IMG/VR virus record: IMGVR_UViG_3300027754_000037
DNA length: 64,000 nucleotides
Source of the DNA: a virus
Taxonomy: Duplodnaviria; Caudoviricetes
Direction: 5' to 3' (one strand)
In this document: piece by piece, positions 9,601 to 18,317 of the stretch
Position numbering within the stretch: position 1 is the stretch's first letter
Layout: every line of letters starts with the position of its first letter
The notes under the pieces: generated by a model
What the model was told of the DNA's origin: nothing
What the model saw: the letters and a program-made list of their open reading frames with translations, nothing else
Database searches by the model: none
Position numbers and translations under genes: made by a program

Positions 9601-12600
9601 GAGATGCAAGATTTTGTTAAATCTTACAAAGAAGACAAAGCAAAAATCATAGAGGCAGCTAAGGTTTTGATGATAATGGGTCCTGCCCTACTTTTGTTGG
9701 GTGCTGGATTGGTAGCTTTTGCAGGCTACTTGATTAAGACTCTTGGCATCGACATGAGTATGGGCATCGAAATTGCCGGGGGAGTAGTGGTCATAGCCGG
9801 TGTAACTGCCGGAATTGCAATTGCAGTAAAAGAATTCGTAGAAGCTTATGAAGAATTGTCCGCAAATGCCACATGGCAAAAAATACTTAACAATAAAAAG
9901 AAAATAGCAATGGAAATTGCTAAAGGAGCTTTAGCCCTTATAGTGCTTGGCGCAGTAATTTTGACAGTAGCAATAGCAGTAGTCAAATTTGCAGATTTAC
10001 TCATGGGAGCATTCGGAATAAGCCCGCAAAAGGCTGCTGAAGTGGCAACAGGCGTGGCTGCACTTCTACTTGCAACTGGCGTAATCGCCTTAGGTGTTTA
10101 TGCCGGATATCGTGGTCTGCAATTATTGTCAACTTTAGGAGCGGAAATATACGCAAGTTTTGGTGCTAGTTTAGCTGCTGTTGGATTAGGCGCATATGCC
10201 TTGCTAATTTTGGGGCCGATTATTTTAGGTGTAGCAGTTGCAGTCACTAAATTTTGCCAGCTTCTTTTGGGAGCATTTGGGCTTGATGCAGCTACAGCCA
10301 CCAAAGTTGCTTATGATGTTGGCGCTCTTCTTTTGGCTACTGGCATAATAGCTGCTGGAATACTTGCTGCTACATATGGACTAAAATATCTTTCGACTTT
10401 GTACAAAGAATTGAGCGACATTATCAAGAAAATGTTAAAGGGAGCCTTTGTGCTCTTTGCTTTGGGAGCGCCAGTCTTGTTGTTGGCTGCTGCTGTAATT
10501 GGAATTACAAAATTATTCTTAGCACTTACTGGGCTCGATTCAGCTAAAACTGCTAAAGCAGCAGAAGATTTGGCAACTCTTTTGGTTTCTGCTGGTATGA
10601 TTGCATTAGCTGTTATAGGCGCATCTTATGGCATTTCATATTTGGGTGCAAATGCAGGCGCATTAATGGCTTTGATTTGGCCAATGTTTGTAGGCGCAGG
10701 AGTATTGATTTTATTGTCGCTTGCGGTCGGAGTTCTGGCGGCAGCAATTAACTATATGGCTTCTGCAATTATCAAAGGTACAAATCCTAAGAAGGCAGCA
10801 GAAACATCAGAAGCGCTTGGTAGTCTGTTGACATCCTCTGGCAAAATCGCTCTGGCTATAATTGGAGCTTCTGCTTCTTCTGCATTACTTGCCGGGATGC
10901 TTCTTTATGTGCCTTATTTAATAGTTGCTATGTTTGTGGCTGCTGTAGTTCTCGCCCTTTTGTCAGTTGCATTAACTGCTTTCGTCAGATCAGTAATTGG
11001 AATTGCAGACCAGATGATGCTGCTTGGCAGTCCTAAAGCTTTAAGCAAGAAAGCAGAAACTGTTGCAGGAATTCTGAAAGCAGCGGGTGATGTTGCGCAA
11101 AATATCATGGATGCCAAAGACAAAGTTAAAGCTCTATACGAGTCCGTTTCATATTGGGATTATTTTTTTGGCATTAGGCGACCTTTGATTAAAGGCACAA
11201 AAGTTCTTGAAGAAATCAAATGGCCACTAGTTCTTTTTGCAATCGAAATGATGAACTTCCATTGGCTTTTGACTCGTTTTGTGAGTGCGCCCAAAGCCAT
11301 AGCTGCTGGCAAACAAGTTGCCGCTATTTTAGGAGCTATGGGCGATGTAGCGCAAAATATGGTAAAGACTAAAGATGCTGTTGCTGCTCTTGCGCCTTCT
11401 TATTTAGGTTCCTGTTGGCCTAAAATGCTTACTTTTGCGCCAACTATGGAAGATGGTGTCAAGGCTCTTGAAACTATCAAACAACCTCTGATTGATTTTG
11501 TCATTTCGATGATAGATTTCCACACGAATCTACTCAGTCAAACTGGGAGTAGCGCACCCAAGATAATAGCAGCAGGAAGACAGGTTGCCCAAATATTCAA
11601 AGCAACTGGTGAAATAGCTGAAGGCATAATGAAAACCAAAGATGCTGTTGCTGCTCTTGCGCCTTCTAAATTAGGTGCCCATTGGCCTGCATGTCTTACT
11701 TTGACACCAACTTTGGCAGATGGAACAGAAGCTCTAAAAACTATGGAAGAACCTCTGATTGATTTTATCAAAGAAGTCAAGGTATTTGCAGACAAGCTTG
11801 AGGGTGTGGTAAATCCAGCAGAAGTGAAGAAATATAGTGGCATCATTAGAAATGCCACAAGCCTTATTTCTCAAGTTGTCAGAATGCTTGATATCTTGTC
11901 TAAGAAGTTGGTCCCCTTGACTACCGGTGGGTGGTTTTCAGAATCTCCTATTAAACAAATAGGAAATGCTACCGTAGAAATATCAGCTTGGTTTGGAACC
12001 ATAGCCGTGCTTTTGAAAACTGGAATCATCGAGCCAATCAAAGAAAATTTCCCAGCCGAGGAGGAGCTCAAGATAGTGACGGGAAAACTTAACAACATGG
12101 TTAAAGTTTTGGACGCTCTGCCTCCGGTTTTGGACAAATTAGGCAGTCTTGTGGGTCAATATGCTGTTGGTGGATGGTTTACTGTCTCTCCCATAGCAGC
12201 CATAGGCAAATTTACTGATATTTTCGCTAAATGGTTTACATCCATAGCAATGATGTTGAGAACGGGAATTGTCAATCCAGTTATGGATTACTTCCCCGGA
12301 GAAGATGAAATTGAAGATGCGGCTCTTAGATTGGACGGGATGGTCACTATTTTAAATAAAATACCTCCTGTTCTTGATACTTTGGGTGATTTGCTGAACA
12401 CCTATACAGCCGGAAACTGGTTTGAACTTTCGCCCATCGGATCTTTGATGGTTCTTGGAATCAGATTTGGAGGTTGGTTCAACGGTGTTGGAATGATGTT
12501 AAGGGATGGCGTAATTAATCCTGTCCTCAAATACTTCCCCGCTGAAGACGAAGTCACAGAGATAGTCAGCAGACTTGAAGGAATGGTGGTTGTTCTCAAC

Positions 12601-13296
12601 AAGCTGGGTGTTGTTCTGGGCGAGTTAGGATTTGTTATGAGTGCTCTGAGTTCCATATCCATGCCCTTTGGATTCATGAATCTCTTCCCGATGGCAAGTC
12701 TTGGAGGCATGTTGACGGGTCTTGCTGGCGCTACCTCAGGAATAGGTTCCTTGTTCTCGGGAGGCGGGAAAACAAGTGTTGGAACTCCCAGCGATAATGC
12801 AATAGATAAAAGAGTTGAACAACAAAGTGCAGAAGCTGCCCAAATGCAAGCTGGACTGCTGGCAAAATTGGTAGATCAAGCGATTTATGGCGATGGTATC
12901 AATGTTCAGAGCGCCGGAAATGCTGCGGTCACTAGTAAAACAACAGCATCAACGATTGGCGCAAACATGGCAGATATACAGTCGAAGGTTGCAGCGCAAA
13001 AAGCAGGCAATCAACTTCCTTCCAGCAAGGTTTCAAGCGATGAGTTGGCAGACATTGCTACAGAAAGCGAGACCCAAACAGAATTGCAGAAGAAGCTTGT
13101 TGGTTTGTTTGAGGATATGCTTAAGGCGCTTAAGCCTGCTGATCAAGCGATTGTTGGTCAAGCAGGAGCAGGTCCCGCCGACACTTCTGGCGAAAAAGTA
13201 GGTGGAAAACCGCCAAATTACTTTCGATCCAGCCAAGGCATGGTAAACAGCGGCCCCGGCAAGCAAACGCTGAACATGGGTCCACAAAAAGCGTAA
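6610..13296 (+). CDS. Tail tape measure protein
   Basis: 2228 aa, Ala/Lys/Gly-rich helical composition, many hydrophobic segments and internal repeats, directly upstream of baseplate genes. Confidence 0.85.
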   Translation: MADNVGRSIDALNLTIGQLKDLLNTKCSTPTPMGGGSSGSLGELAQVLEKFTKDFKKEMEDQTKHLKDVLGAKSSVDGKRAANKKTKPVADNADSLGSDDYLDDVSDNYKFMNALESSLQKNKLKFDRQYLATATQNIRTRHTELSHLDEKAFLAKLESETYYKKALADETLALKQNISAARQLRDQFSEIQSMLGSFEQSLGLKTTETLFGGIVEQEMKFTQEIRATAYETAGATKEARGLQRAFEDIGKSVAQTGVNRTEFQKSYQQALRSGVKDLKQAGNLTTAQLNTEKQLGMEAGSLQDTFQDLAMSGRMNSGQIADMGRGMRDVAKATGLTGEALRGAIDSSKELIRDLRNASQLTAASAKNVIEISANAKKLGVESEVNNLMKGLVSSNNLILDASNETRTLILQAASKVGRVEDAMNGTITRSKEGIKDLAKGMEKILKDFGVNGVEEIDNLSDTAKRDLNLRIKAVYGMELGQFRSTLESMKESGKGLGDRLEDINKKLQQNATTEEKKVLMEQQRQLKTSKQLEVLTALDEAAKGAKDMGQALSKFGDRKKDFEKDMQALGTSWTSETQVARDAIKGSLESVNEGLKKAGKEEIKISSDEIEKAIKDPTALRELTAKITKGEQQLATAQKAQLDPVTETNQKLTEINDTLRNMSQNVISKLFNSFLGKIIMIGGVLSGIGAAVIGLGVTGKNAYDTLGKLIKGGQDLYGGKQESFVSNIKKYFGIGGKKNATPEGGASSPTEAAAAAAAAAAATAPKETAPKSAEAVTKATTEGKGGRYVKILEESLKELNSISNTMSQSSLFLQKISECICRPRKAAAAGTPPGAGGTSADSAARVALQREQKTNVKTDAKLNEKQLKEQNKEIKRGKREDIIQRAETKGAKAAAKESKGGKVDCPPTAEAGCLEPSVMENMGAEMKKAAPAILMFAAGALLLGIALMWLANKLLAALNLDAAKIAETAESLIVIVGVTAAIAAAAYAAGKVLMSEEMQDFVKSYKEDKAKIIEAAKVLMIMGPALLLLGAGLVAFAGYLIKTLGIDMSMGIEIAGGVVVIAGVTAGIAIAVKEFVEAYEELSANATWQKILNNKKKIAMEIAKGALALIVLGAVILTVAIAVVKFADLLMGAFGISPQKAAEVATGVAALLLATGVIALGVYAGYRGLQLLSTLGAEIYASFGASLAAVGLGAYALLILGPIILGVAVAVTKFCQLLLGAFGLDAATATKVAYDVGALLLATGIIAAGILAATYGLKYLSTLYKELSDIIKKMLKGAFVLFALGAPVLLLAAAVIGITKLFLALTGLDSAKTAKAAEDLATLLVSAGMIALAVIGASYGISYLGANAGALMALIWPMFVGAGVLILLSLAVGVLAAAINYMASAIIKGTNPKKAAETSEALGSLLTSSGKIALAIIGASASSALLAGMLLYVPYLIVAMFVAAVVLALLSVALTAFVRSVIGIADQMMLLGSPKALSKKAETVAGILKAAGDVAQNIMDAKDKVKALYESVSYWDYFFGIRRPLIKGTKVLEEIKWPLVLFAIEMMNFHWLLTRFVSAPKAIAAGKQVAAILGAMGDVAQNMVKTKDAVAALAPSYLGSCWPKMLTFAPTMEDGVKALETIKQPLIDFVISMIDFHTNLLSQTGSSAPKIIAAGRQVAQIFKATGEIAEGIMKTKDAVAALAPSKLGAHWPACLTLTPTLADGTEALKTMEEPLIDFIKEVKVFADKLEGVVNPAEVKKYSGIIRNATSLISQVVRMLDILSKKLVPLTTGGWFSESPIKQIGNATVEISAWFGTIAVLLKTGIIEPIKENFPAEEELKIVTGKLNNMVKVLDALPPVLDKLGSLVGQYAVGGWFTVSPIAAIGKFTDIFAKWFTSIAMMLRTGIVNPVMDYFPGEDEIEDAALRLDGMVTILNKIPPVLDTLGDLLNTYTAGNWFELSPIGSLMVLGIRFGGWFNGVGMMLRDGVINPVLKYFPAEDEVTEIVSRLEGMVVVLNKLGVVLGELGFVMSALSSISMPFGFMNLFPMASLGGMLTGLAGATSGIGSLFSGGGKTSVGTPSDNAIDKRVEQQSAEAAQMQAGLLAKLVDQAIYGDGINVQSAGNAAVTSKTTASTIGANMADIQSKVAAQKAGNQLPSSKVSSDELADIATESETQTELQKKLVGLFEDMLKALKPADQAIVGQAGAGPADTSGEKVGGKPPNYFRSSQGMVNSGPGKQTLNMGPQKA
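11371..11667 (+). repeat. Exact 30-nt direct repeat pair in the TMP (11371-11400 and 11638-11667) marking an 89-aa internal duplication
   Basis: AAAGATGCTGTTGCTGCTCTTGCGCCTTCT occurs twice, 267 nt apart (KDAVAALAPS). Confidence 0.9.
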
Positions 13297-13308
13297 TGGG
13301 GTGATTGA

Positions 13309-13845
13309 ATGAAGGCGACACTAGAGTCAGGAGCACTTAGAGACATAGACAAATGCTATGTCTATATACAAAATTACGGAAAAATTGTCATGACAATTTT
13401 GCCCGACATTGGCGATCAAAAGAACGCCAACTATACAGATGAAAACTCCATTGGTCGTTCGATGCCATTTAAGACATATCAAAACTCGGACAATAGGACT
13501 ATCAGTTGGACTTGTCACTTCGTAGTATGCAAGCAAACTGATATTCCATTGTTTTTACAGTACATAAAAGCCTTCCAGTCTGCTGTCTATCCATCGACAG
13601 ACGATAACTGGAGCCCTGCACCTTGGAGTCCACCTCCTATCTGCAAGATCAAATGCGGTGATTTACTGGGCTCTGAAGAGGTCTGTGTGATTATGAAGAG
13701 TTACAGCCTAAAATGGGACACGGGTGTGGTATGGGATGAAGAAACTTATTTGCCCTATAAATTCGATGTCGATCTTAGCTTTGATGTTGTATACAACCAA
13801 AGCAATTTGCCGGGATCAGAAAGAATCTTAATGGTAGGTTATTAA
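13309..13845 (+). CDS. Tail tube initiator/baseplate protein (gp48/gp54-like, CIS tube-like)
   Basis: Follows the TMP; IGRSMPFKTYQNSDNRTISW and PPICKIKCG pattern typical of tube-fold initiators. Confidence 0.65.
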   Translation: MKATLESGALRDIDKCYVYIQNYGKIVMTILPDIGDQKNANYTDENSIGRSMPFKTYQNSDNRTISWTCHFVVCKQTDIPLFLQYIKAFQSAVYPSTDDNWSPAPWSPPPICKIKCGDLLGSEEVCVIMKSYSLKWDTGVVWDEETYLPYKFDVDLSFDVVYNQSNLPGSERILMVGY

Positions 13846-13848
13846 AAT

Positions 13849-14175
13849 ATGGCCAATTATGTAGAAAAAACCAAGATCACCGCTAAAAAATTTGTTCCAG
13901 TCAGTAGTCGATATGCTGAGTCTGAAGTCATTTATTACACCGAAAACAAATTACTTACCTTTAAAACATATAAAAAAAAGGAAATTGCACTCACACAAAA
14001 TGATAAATACTTTGTTGTTACTCCGGGTACTGAATTCAGGCCGGATTTGGTTTCAAAATCAGCATATGGCTCTGTAGATTTCTGGTGGAAAATTATGGAG
14101 GCAAACAACATCAAGGACATTTACGATTTTAGGGCTGGATTAAACATACGATTACCGGACAAGGTTTTAGGATAA
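13849..14175 (+). CDS. Baseplate wedge LysM-like protein (gp53/gpX-like)
   Basis: RPDLVSKSAYGSVDFWWKIMEANNIKDIYDFRAGLNIRLP. Confidence 0.85.
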   Translation: MANYVEKTKITAKKFVPVSSRYAESEVIYYTENKLLTFKTYKKKEIALTQNDKYFVVTPGTEFRPDLVSKSAYGSVDFWWKIMEANNIKDIYDFRAGLNIRLPDKVLG

Positions 14176-14176
14176 A

Positions 14177-15652
14177 ATGGCGTGTACATTACCAATAGAA
14201 GCATCGAACTATAGTTGCGATGGCAAGCCCAAAACTCCTCCTGAAGGGGCTGTTTATACTCCTTATGTTAGATTGGAGTTTGGCGATGGCAATGTGCTTA
14301 CTGGTGGTAACAATTCATCTCCAGCTACAAATTTAGCAGCTATTACAAGTTTTGAATATGGATTTGGCTCTGGTACTCAAGGGTGGGGAGTAAACATTGA
14401 AGCCATCGACAATGGCGGTGCCATGTATCGTAAAATTCTTCGTTCTATCAACAAAACCATTGTTAAAATTCCAGATGAAGTTGCAAATGTTGAAATTGAT
14501 TTTGGTTGGATCATAAAAAATTGTGATGGTTCTGTTACCACGGATTTTGCAAGCAGAATTCATAGTCTTTACGGCATTTTCTTTAAATGCGATATGACAT
14601 TTGAAAGTGGAAATGTCAAAATGAAAATTGAAATTAGGGCTCCAAGCGTAAAAAGCGCTGATACAAGACATGCAGAGGCTTTTGGTACAGAAGATGGAAA
14701 AGTTTACTTGAGAGACGCTCTCATTGAACTTTTTACAGAAAGACATCCTAGATTTCAAGAAGTGAAATTTATAGACCAATATGGTTTTCGAGATTTTGAA
14801 TTTTTAAATTTTGGCGTGGACGGTCCTCCAAATGTTTGGCCATGTGATCAAGAGGATTCATTTGCAATTGCGAGAAAGTGGTTAAATGGAATTGTTACTC
14901 AAGACAATAGAGGCATCGTCATAGGCTATGAGTCGGATTCTGTCTCTGTAATTATTCAAGAAGACCCTGAAGATGGATGTTGTCCAAAGTCCAGATATCT
15001 AGGAACTTATGTAGTAAACGGTGGCAATTGCAGTCCGGTAATTAGTTTTAATCCCACAATTGCTTGGGACAAAGGCTATATTCCGGGTGGTGGTGGCGCT
15101 ACAGGTGGAGCCTCAACGGGTGATTTTGGCGAGTTTGCAGAACCAGAAGTTAATATCGAAAAAGCAGGCACACAAACTTCAATTGCAACCGAGCAAAATC
15201 AATGGAATTTCAGAAATCCAGAAGATCAACCCGATGAAGCAAACAATGCACTTTCTGCACACGAACATGCAGAGGCTAAAACAATTAATGGACCAGTAAA
15301 AGGTTGGGAAGCTGATTTGAAAATAATTGGCGATCCTACATTTATTGACCTGCCGGAAATGATGGGAGCTACTCTGGGAATTGTTTTCATCAATCCTTTC
15401 TATATTGATGAGTGTGTTTGGATTCAGAGACCTGTGGTCAACTCGATGTTGAGCAACAAAAACTATATGGTTGTAGGAGTCACACATCAGATCAGCGCAG
15501 GTTCTTTCACAACCAATTTAAAACTCAGACTTACAATCCCCAATGTCGATCTCGACTTCGACGCACCTTTGGGCGAGTGTGGTACGGAGACGATGGACGG
15601 TGAAGGTGGCTTGGGCGAATCTACAACTGGCGACGCTAACGGTAATGAATAA
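14177..15652 (+). CDS. Baseplate hub protein (gp27/gpD-like)
   Basis: Sits between the LysM and spike genes; C-terminal ADLKIIGDP...YMVVGVTHQISAGSFTTNLKL hub pattern. Confidence 0.65.
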   Translation: MACTLPIEASNYSCDGKPKTPPEGAVYTPYVRLEFGDGNVLTGGNNSSPATNLAAITSFEYGFGSGTQGWGVNIEAIDNGGAMYRKILRSINKTIVKIPDEVANVEIDFGWIIKNCDGSVTTDFASRIHSLYGIFFKCDMTFESGNVKMKIEIRAPSVKSADTRHAEAFGTEDGKVYLRDALIELFTERHPRFQEVKFIDQYGFRDFEFLNFGVDGPPNVWPCDQEDSFAIARKWLNGIVTQDNRGIVIGYESDSVSVIIQEDPEDGCCPKSRYLGTYVVNGGNCSPVISFNPTIAWDKGYIPGGGGATGGASTGDFGEFAEPEVNIEKAGTQTSIATEQNQWNFRNPEDQPDEANNALSAHEHAEAKTINGPVKGWEADLKIIGDPTFIDLPEMMGATLGIVFINPFYIDECVWIQRPVVNSMLSNKNYMVVGVTHQISAGSFTTNLKLRLTIPNVDLDFDAPLGECGTETMDGEGGLGESTTGDANGNE

Positions 15653-15660
15653 GGAAAAAT

Positions 15661-17886
15661 ATGGCAGTAGCATTTGAAAAAGACATCAAAAATCTCGAAG
15701 GCAGGCTTTCAGCCATTGAGAACAGATTTGGTGGCATCAATTACGAAATGAAATCTGTGGTGACCAGCGAAATCTCAGATCGCTCACGAGTAGTAGAGCA
15801 GTCGCAAATGCAGTATGGTCTTTATACTGCACTCTGTATGGAAACGGTGGATGTATGGAAACAAAATAGGATTCGCTGGTACTCGCCAATTTTTCACAAA
15901 AAGAATACACCTCTGAAAGAACTTCCTTGGGCTAATGCAGTAAGTGCATTGGGGGGATTCGATGACTGCGGGGCAACATGGGTGCCACCAGCAGGTTCGA
16001 CGGTTTGTATTCTTTTCGAGAATGGAAATAGAGGTTCTCCATATTACATCGGCACTTCATGGCACAGAAACCGTGGAAAAGATGGACAGCACAATTGGCG
16101 AATTGATATTCCAGAATATTCTGAAGTTTGGGATGGCAAAAGAGGTGGTTACTTAGTAGGACCAGATGATGGTTCTCAGAATTTTCCACCGTGGAATACT
16201 GAAAACTACAATGGCTTTGATCTTAGTTCTCTTGTGGATTTTGCATTCAATACAGATGCACAAAAACTCATAACTGTGCCTAATATTTACGGTTTTAAAA
16301 CACCTGAAAAACATATGATCAAAATGGTCGATGGCGATCCCCATTGTGATCGAAAATGGAAGCGTCTTGAGATCATGTCCAGTTGTGGAAACTGGATCAT
16401 GATGAAAGATGACCATATTCACTATGCTGGCCAATGGGCTCACAAGGACTGTGGTGGAGTGGTAAAAGAAGGTGAAGTGTCTTGCTTTGAAGACGCATAC
16501 ACTCAGAGTCAAATCGACAAACTCTTGGGTGGTTTTCTAAATAATCCAATTGATCCAGACATTAATGTTGAAGACCAGATAGACGCAGCATATGGTGATG
16601 AATTTCAACTAAAGAATGTTTTGGATCAAACTCCGAAAAAAGGCAAAAAATACGAAAAATTAGAATGCGAAGGCAAAAAGAGCAACAAGAAAATTGTTAT
16701 TGGACACCCTTGGACTGGAGCTCCGGGAACAAAATATTATTCAAAGGGAAGTGGCGATATACAAAAGGGCGACAATCCTTTCTTCAAGCACAAACAAGAA
16801 TGTAGGCCATACAGGGGTGCTGCTACTCCTCAGAACAATCAAGTTGACTTGCCTCAATCCGGCATTCAAATACAGAGCATTTCTGGCCATTGTTTTGTGA
16901 TGGACGACAGCGTTGAGGAACCTTCGGGAGCTCCACGATGGGATAGAGAATTTGATTTTGGTTGCAACAACCACTATGTCGGTAGAAGCTACTGGAAATC
17001 AGCAACAGGCCACACTATTGAATTGAGCGATGTTGAAAGTCCTCAGGGTGAAGATGGTGCCAATCTCAGGGGCAGTAGTAACTATATCAAATTGCTTACT
17101 GCTACTGGCAACAAAATTGAACTTAACGATCATACAGAATCTCAACCAGATTGCGTTGGATGCCCTCCAAATATTGCAGGATCAGAGCGTGGCATTCATC
17201 TCCAAAGCACCAGTAATCACACGATTGATATGGTCGATGAAGGCAATGAACAATGCGGAAATTGCCGTATGGAAGGTGGTGTTCCTGTACCCAAGGCCAA
17301 AAAGGCCTTTGTAAGAATTAGAACCGGTTACGGACTAGAAATATCCATGAACGACGATGCAAGTCAAGAAGACACGCAGCAACAAAATATTCAACTATTC
17401 TGCCCTCAAAAAGACAACACAGAAAGAGGTCCACATATCACCCGTTGGCAAGAAGCTCCTACAGGACCGGGATTGGTATTTTTGAGGGCTGGAGGCAACT
17501 ATGTGACTTACACTTATGACAACCATTACACGGTAGTTGGCGACGAAGAGCAGAATCCTTCCAATAAAATCGACTATGTAACAAAAATGAACTTAGTATA
17601 CACCAAAAAGGAATACATAAACATATCGGATAAATTGCATCTTTTTTACGCAAAAGACATGATTTTGTTGCTTGCGGGTCAAGATAATCCTACTGATCCA
17701 GATTCGACTACTGCCTGTGGTTGCGGTGGTGAAGCTCCAAATATTGGTGCTGTACTTGTCTATGACTTTTGTACTGGCTGCGTAAGAATTAGTGATCGTG
17801 TATTTGCAAGCTCCTCGGGTGATGCTCAACCACTTTCAATATTCCAGCTTAAACCTTTTGCAAAACAATGTGTGGGATGTAACTAA
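15661..17886 (+). CDS. Baseplate central spike (gp5/VgrG-like OB-fold), Cys-rich
   Basis: RIRWYSP...LPWANAV...VPPAGSTVCILFENGNRGSPYYIG OB-fold; repeated TATGHTIEL/TATGNKIEL beta-helix turns. Confidence 0.85.
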   Translation: MAVAFEKDIKNLEGRLSAIENRFGGINYEMKSVVTSEISDRSRVVEQSQMQYGLYTALCMETVDVWKQNRIRWYSPIFHKKNTPLKELPWANAVSALGGFDDCGATWVPPAGSTVCILFENGNRGSPYYIGTSWHRNRGKDGQHNWRIDIPEYSEVWDGKRGGYLVGPDDGSQNFPPWNTENYNGFDLSSLVDFAFNTDAQKLITVPNIYGFKTPEKHMIKMVDGDPHCDRKWKRLEIMSSCGNWIMMKDDHIHYAGQWAHKDCGGVVKEGEVSCFEDAYTQSQIDKLLGGFLNNPIDPDINVEDQIDAAYGDEFQLKNVLDQTPKKGKKYEKLECEGKKSNKKIVIGHPWTGAPGTKYYSKGSGDIQKGDNPFFKHKQECRPYRGAATPQNNQVDLPQSGIQIQSISGHCFVMDDSVEEPSGAPRWDREFDFGCNNHYVGRSYWKSATGHTIELSDVESPQGEDGANLRGSSNYIKLLTATGNKIELNDHTESQPDCVGCPPNIAGSERGIHLQSTSNHTIDMVDEGNEQCGNCRMEGGVPVPKAKKAFVRIRTGYGLEISMNDDASQEDTQQQNIQLFCPQKDNTERGPHITRWQEAPTGPGLVFLRAGGNYVTYTYDNHYTVVGDEEQNPSNKIDYVTKMNLVYTKKEYINISDKLHLFYAKDMILLLAGQDNPTDPDSTTACGCGGEAPNIGAVLVYDFCTGCVRISDRVFASSSGDAQPLSIFQLKPFAKQCVGCN

Positions 17887-18305
17887 TGAAAACTTTTCTC
17901 GGTGTTCCGTATCCAACCAGACCCAATCCTAGAGGTTATTGGTATTCGCAAGACGGAACCAATCAGATCAAATCTGATTTGCTCAGTCTTTTACTTACAA
18001 ATCCCGGCGAAAGAGTCATGTTGCCAGAGTTTGGAACACCGCTGAAAAAGTTGGTTTTTGAGCCCAATGACACTACTTTAAGTACGCAGGCAATCAATAT
18101 GATTGCCTCTTCGATTAAAAGATGGGAGCCCAGACTTGTCGTACAAAAAATTGAGGCCTCTGCAAATGTTGACAAGACATCATTAAATAAACTAGACGAC
18201 AAAAGCGAACTAGATCAAATCCTGTTTATACGAATCATATTCGTTGATCCCCAAAAGATCAAAGATGTTCAGGAGTTAACGCTACAGGTGCCATTGTCGG
18301 CGTAA
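17886..18305 (+). CDS. Baseplate wedge subunit gp25-like
   Basis: IKSDLLSLLLTNPGERVMLPEFGTPLKKLVFEP...IKRWEPRL. Confidence 0.92.
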   Translation: MKTFLGVPYPTRPNPRGYWYSQDGTNQIKSDLLSLLLTNPGERVMLPEFGTPLKKLVFEPNDTTLSTQAINMIASSIKRWEPRLVVQKIEASANVDKTSLNKLDDKSELDQILFIRIIFVDPQKIKDVQELTLQVPLSA

Positions 18306-18317
18306 AAAGGAGAAAAA

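Noticed and set aside
7123-13336. Many antisense or alternate-frame ORFs inside the TMP and other long genes, including 31808..32569 and 39140..39727
   Set aside because: These are shadow ORFs caused by codon bias and repeats, with no RBS or recognisable motifs.
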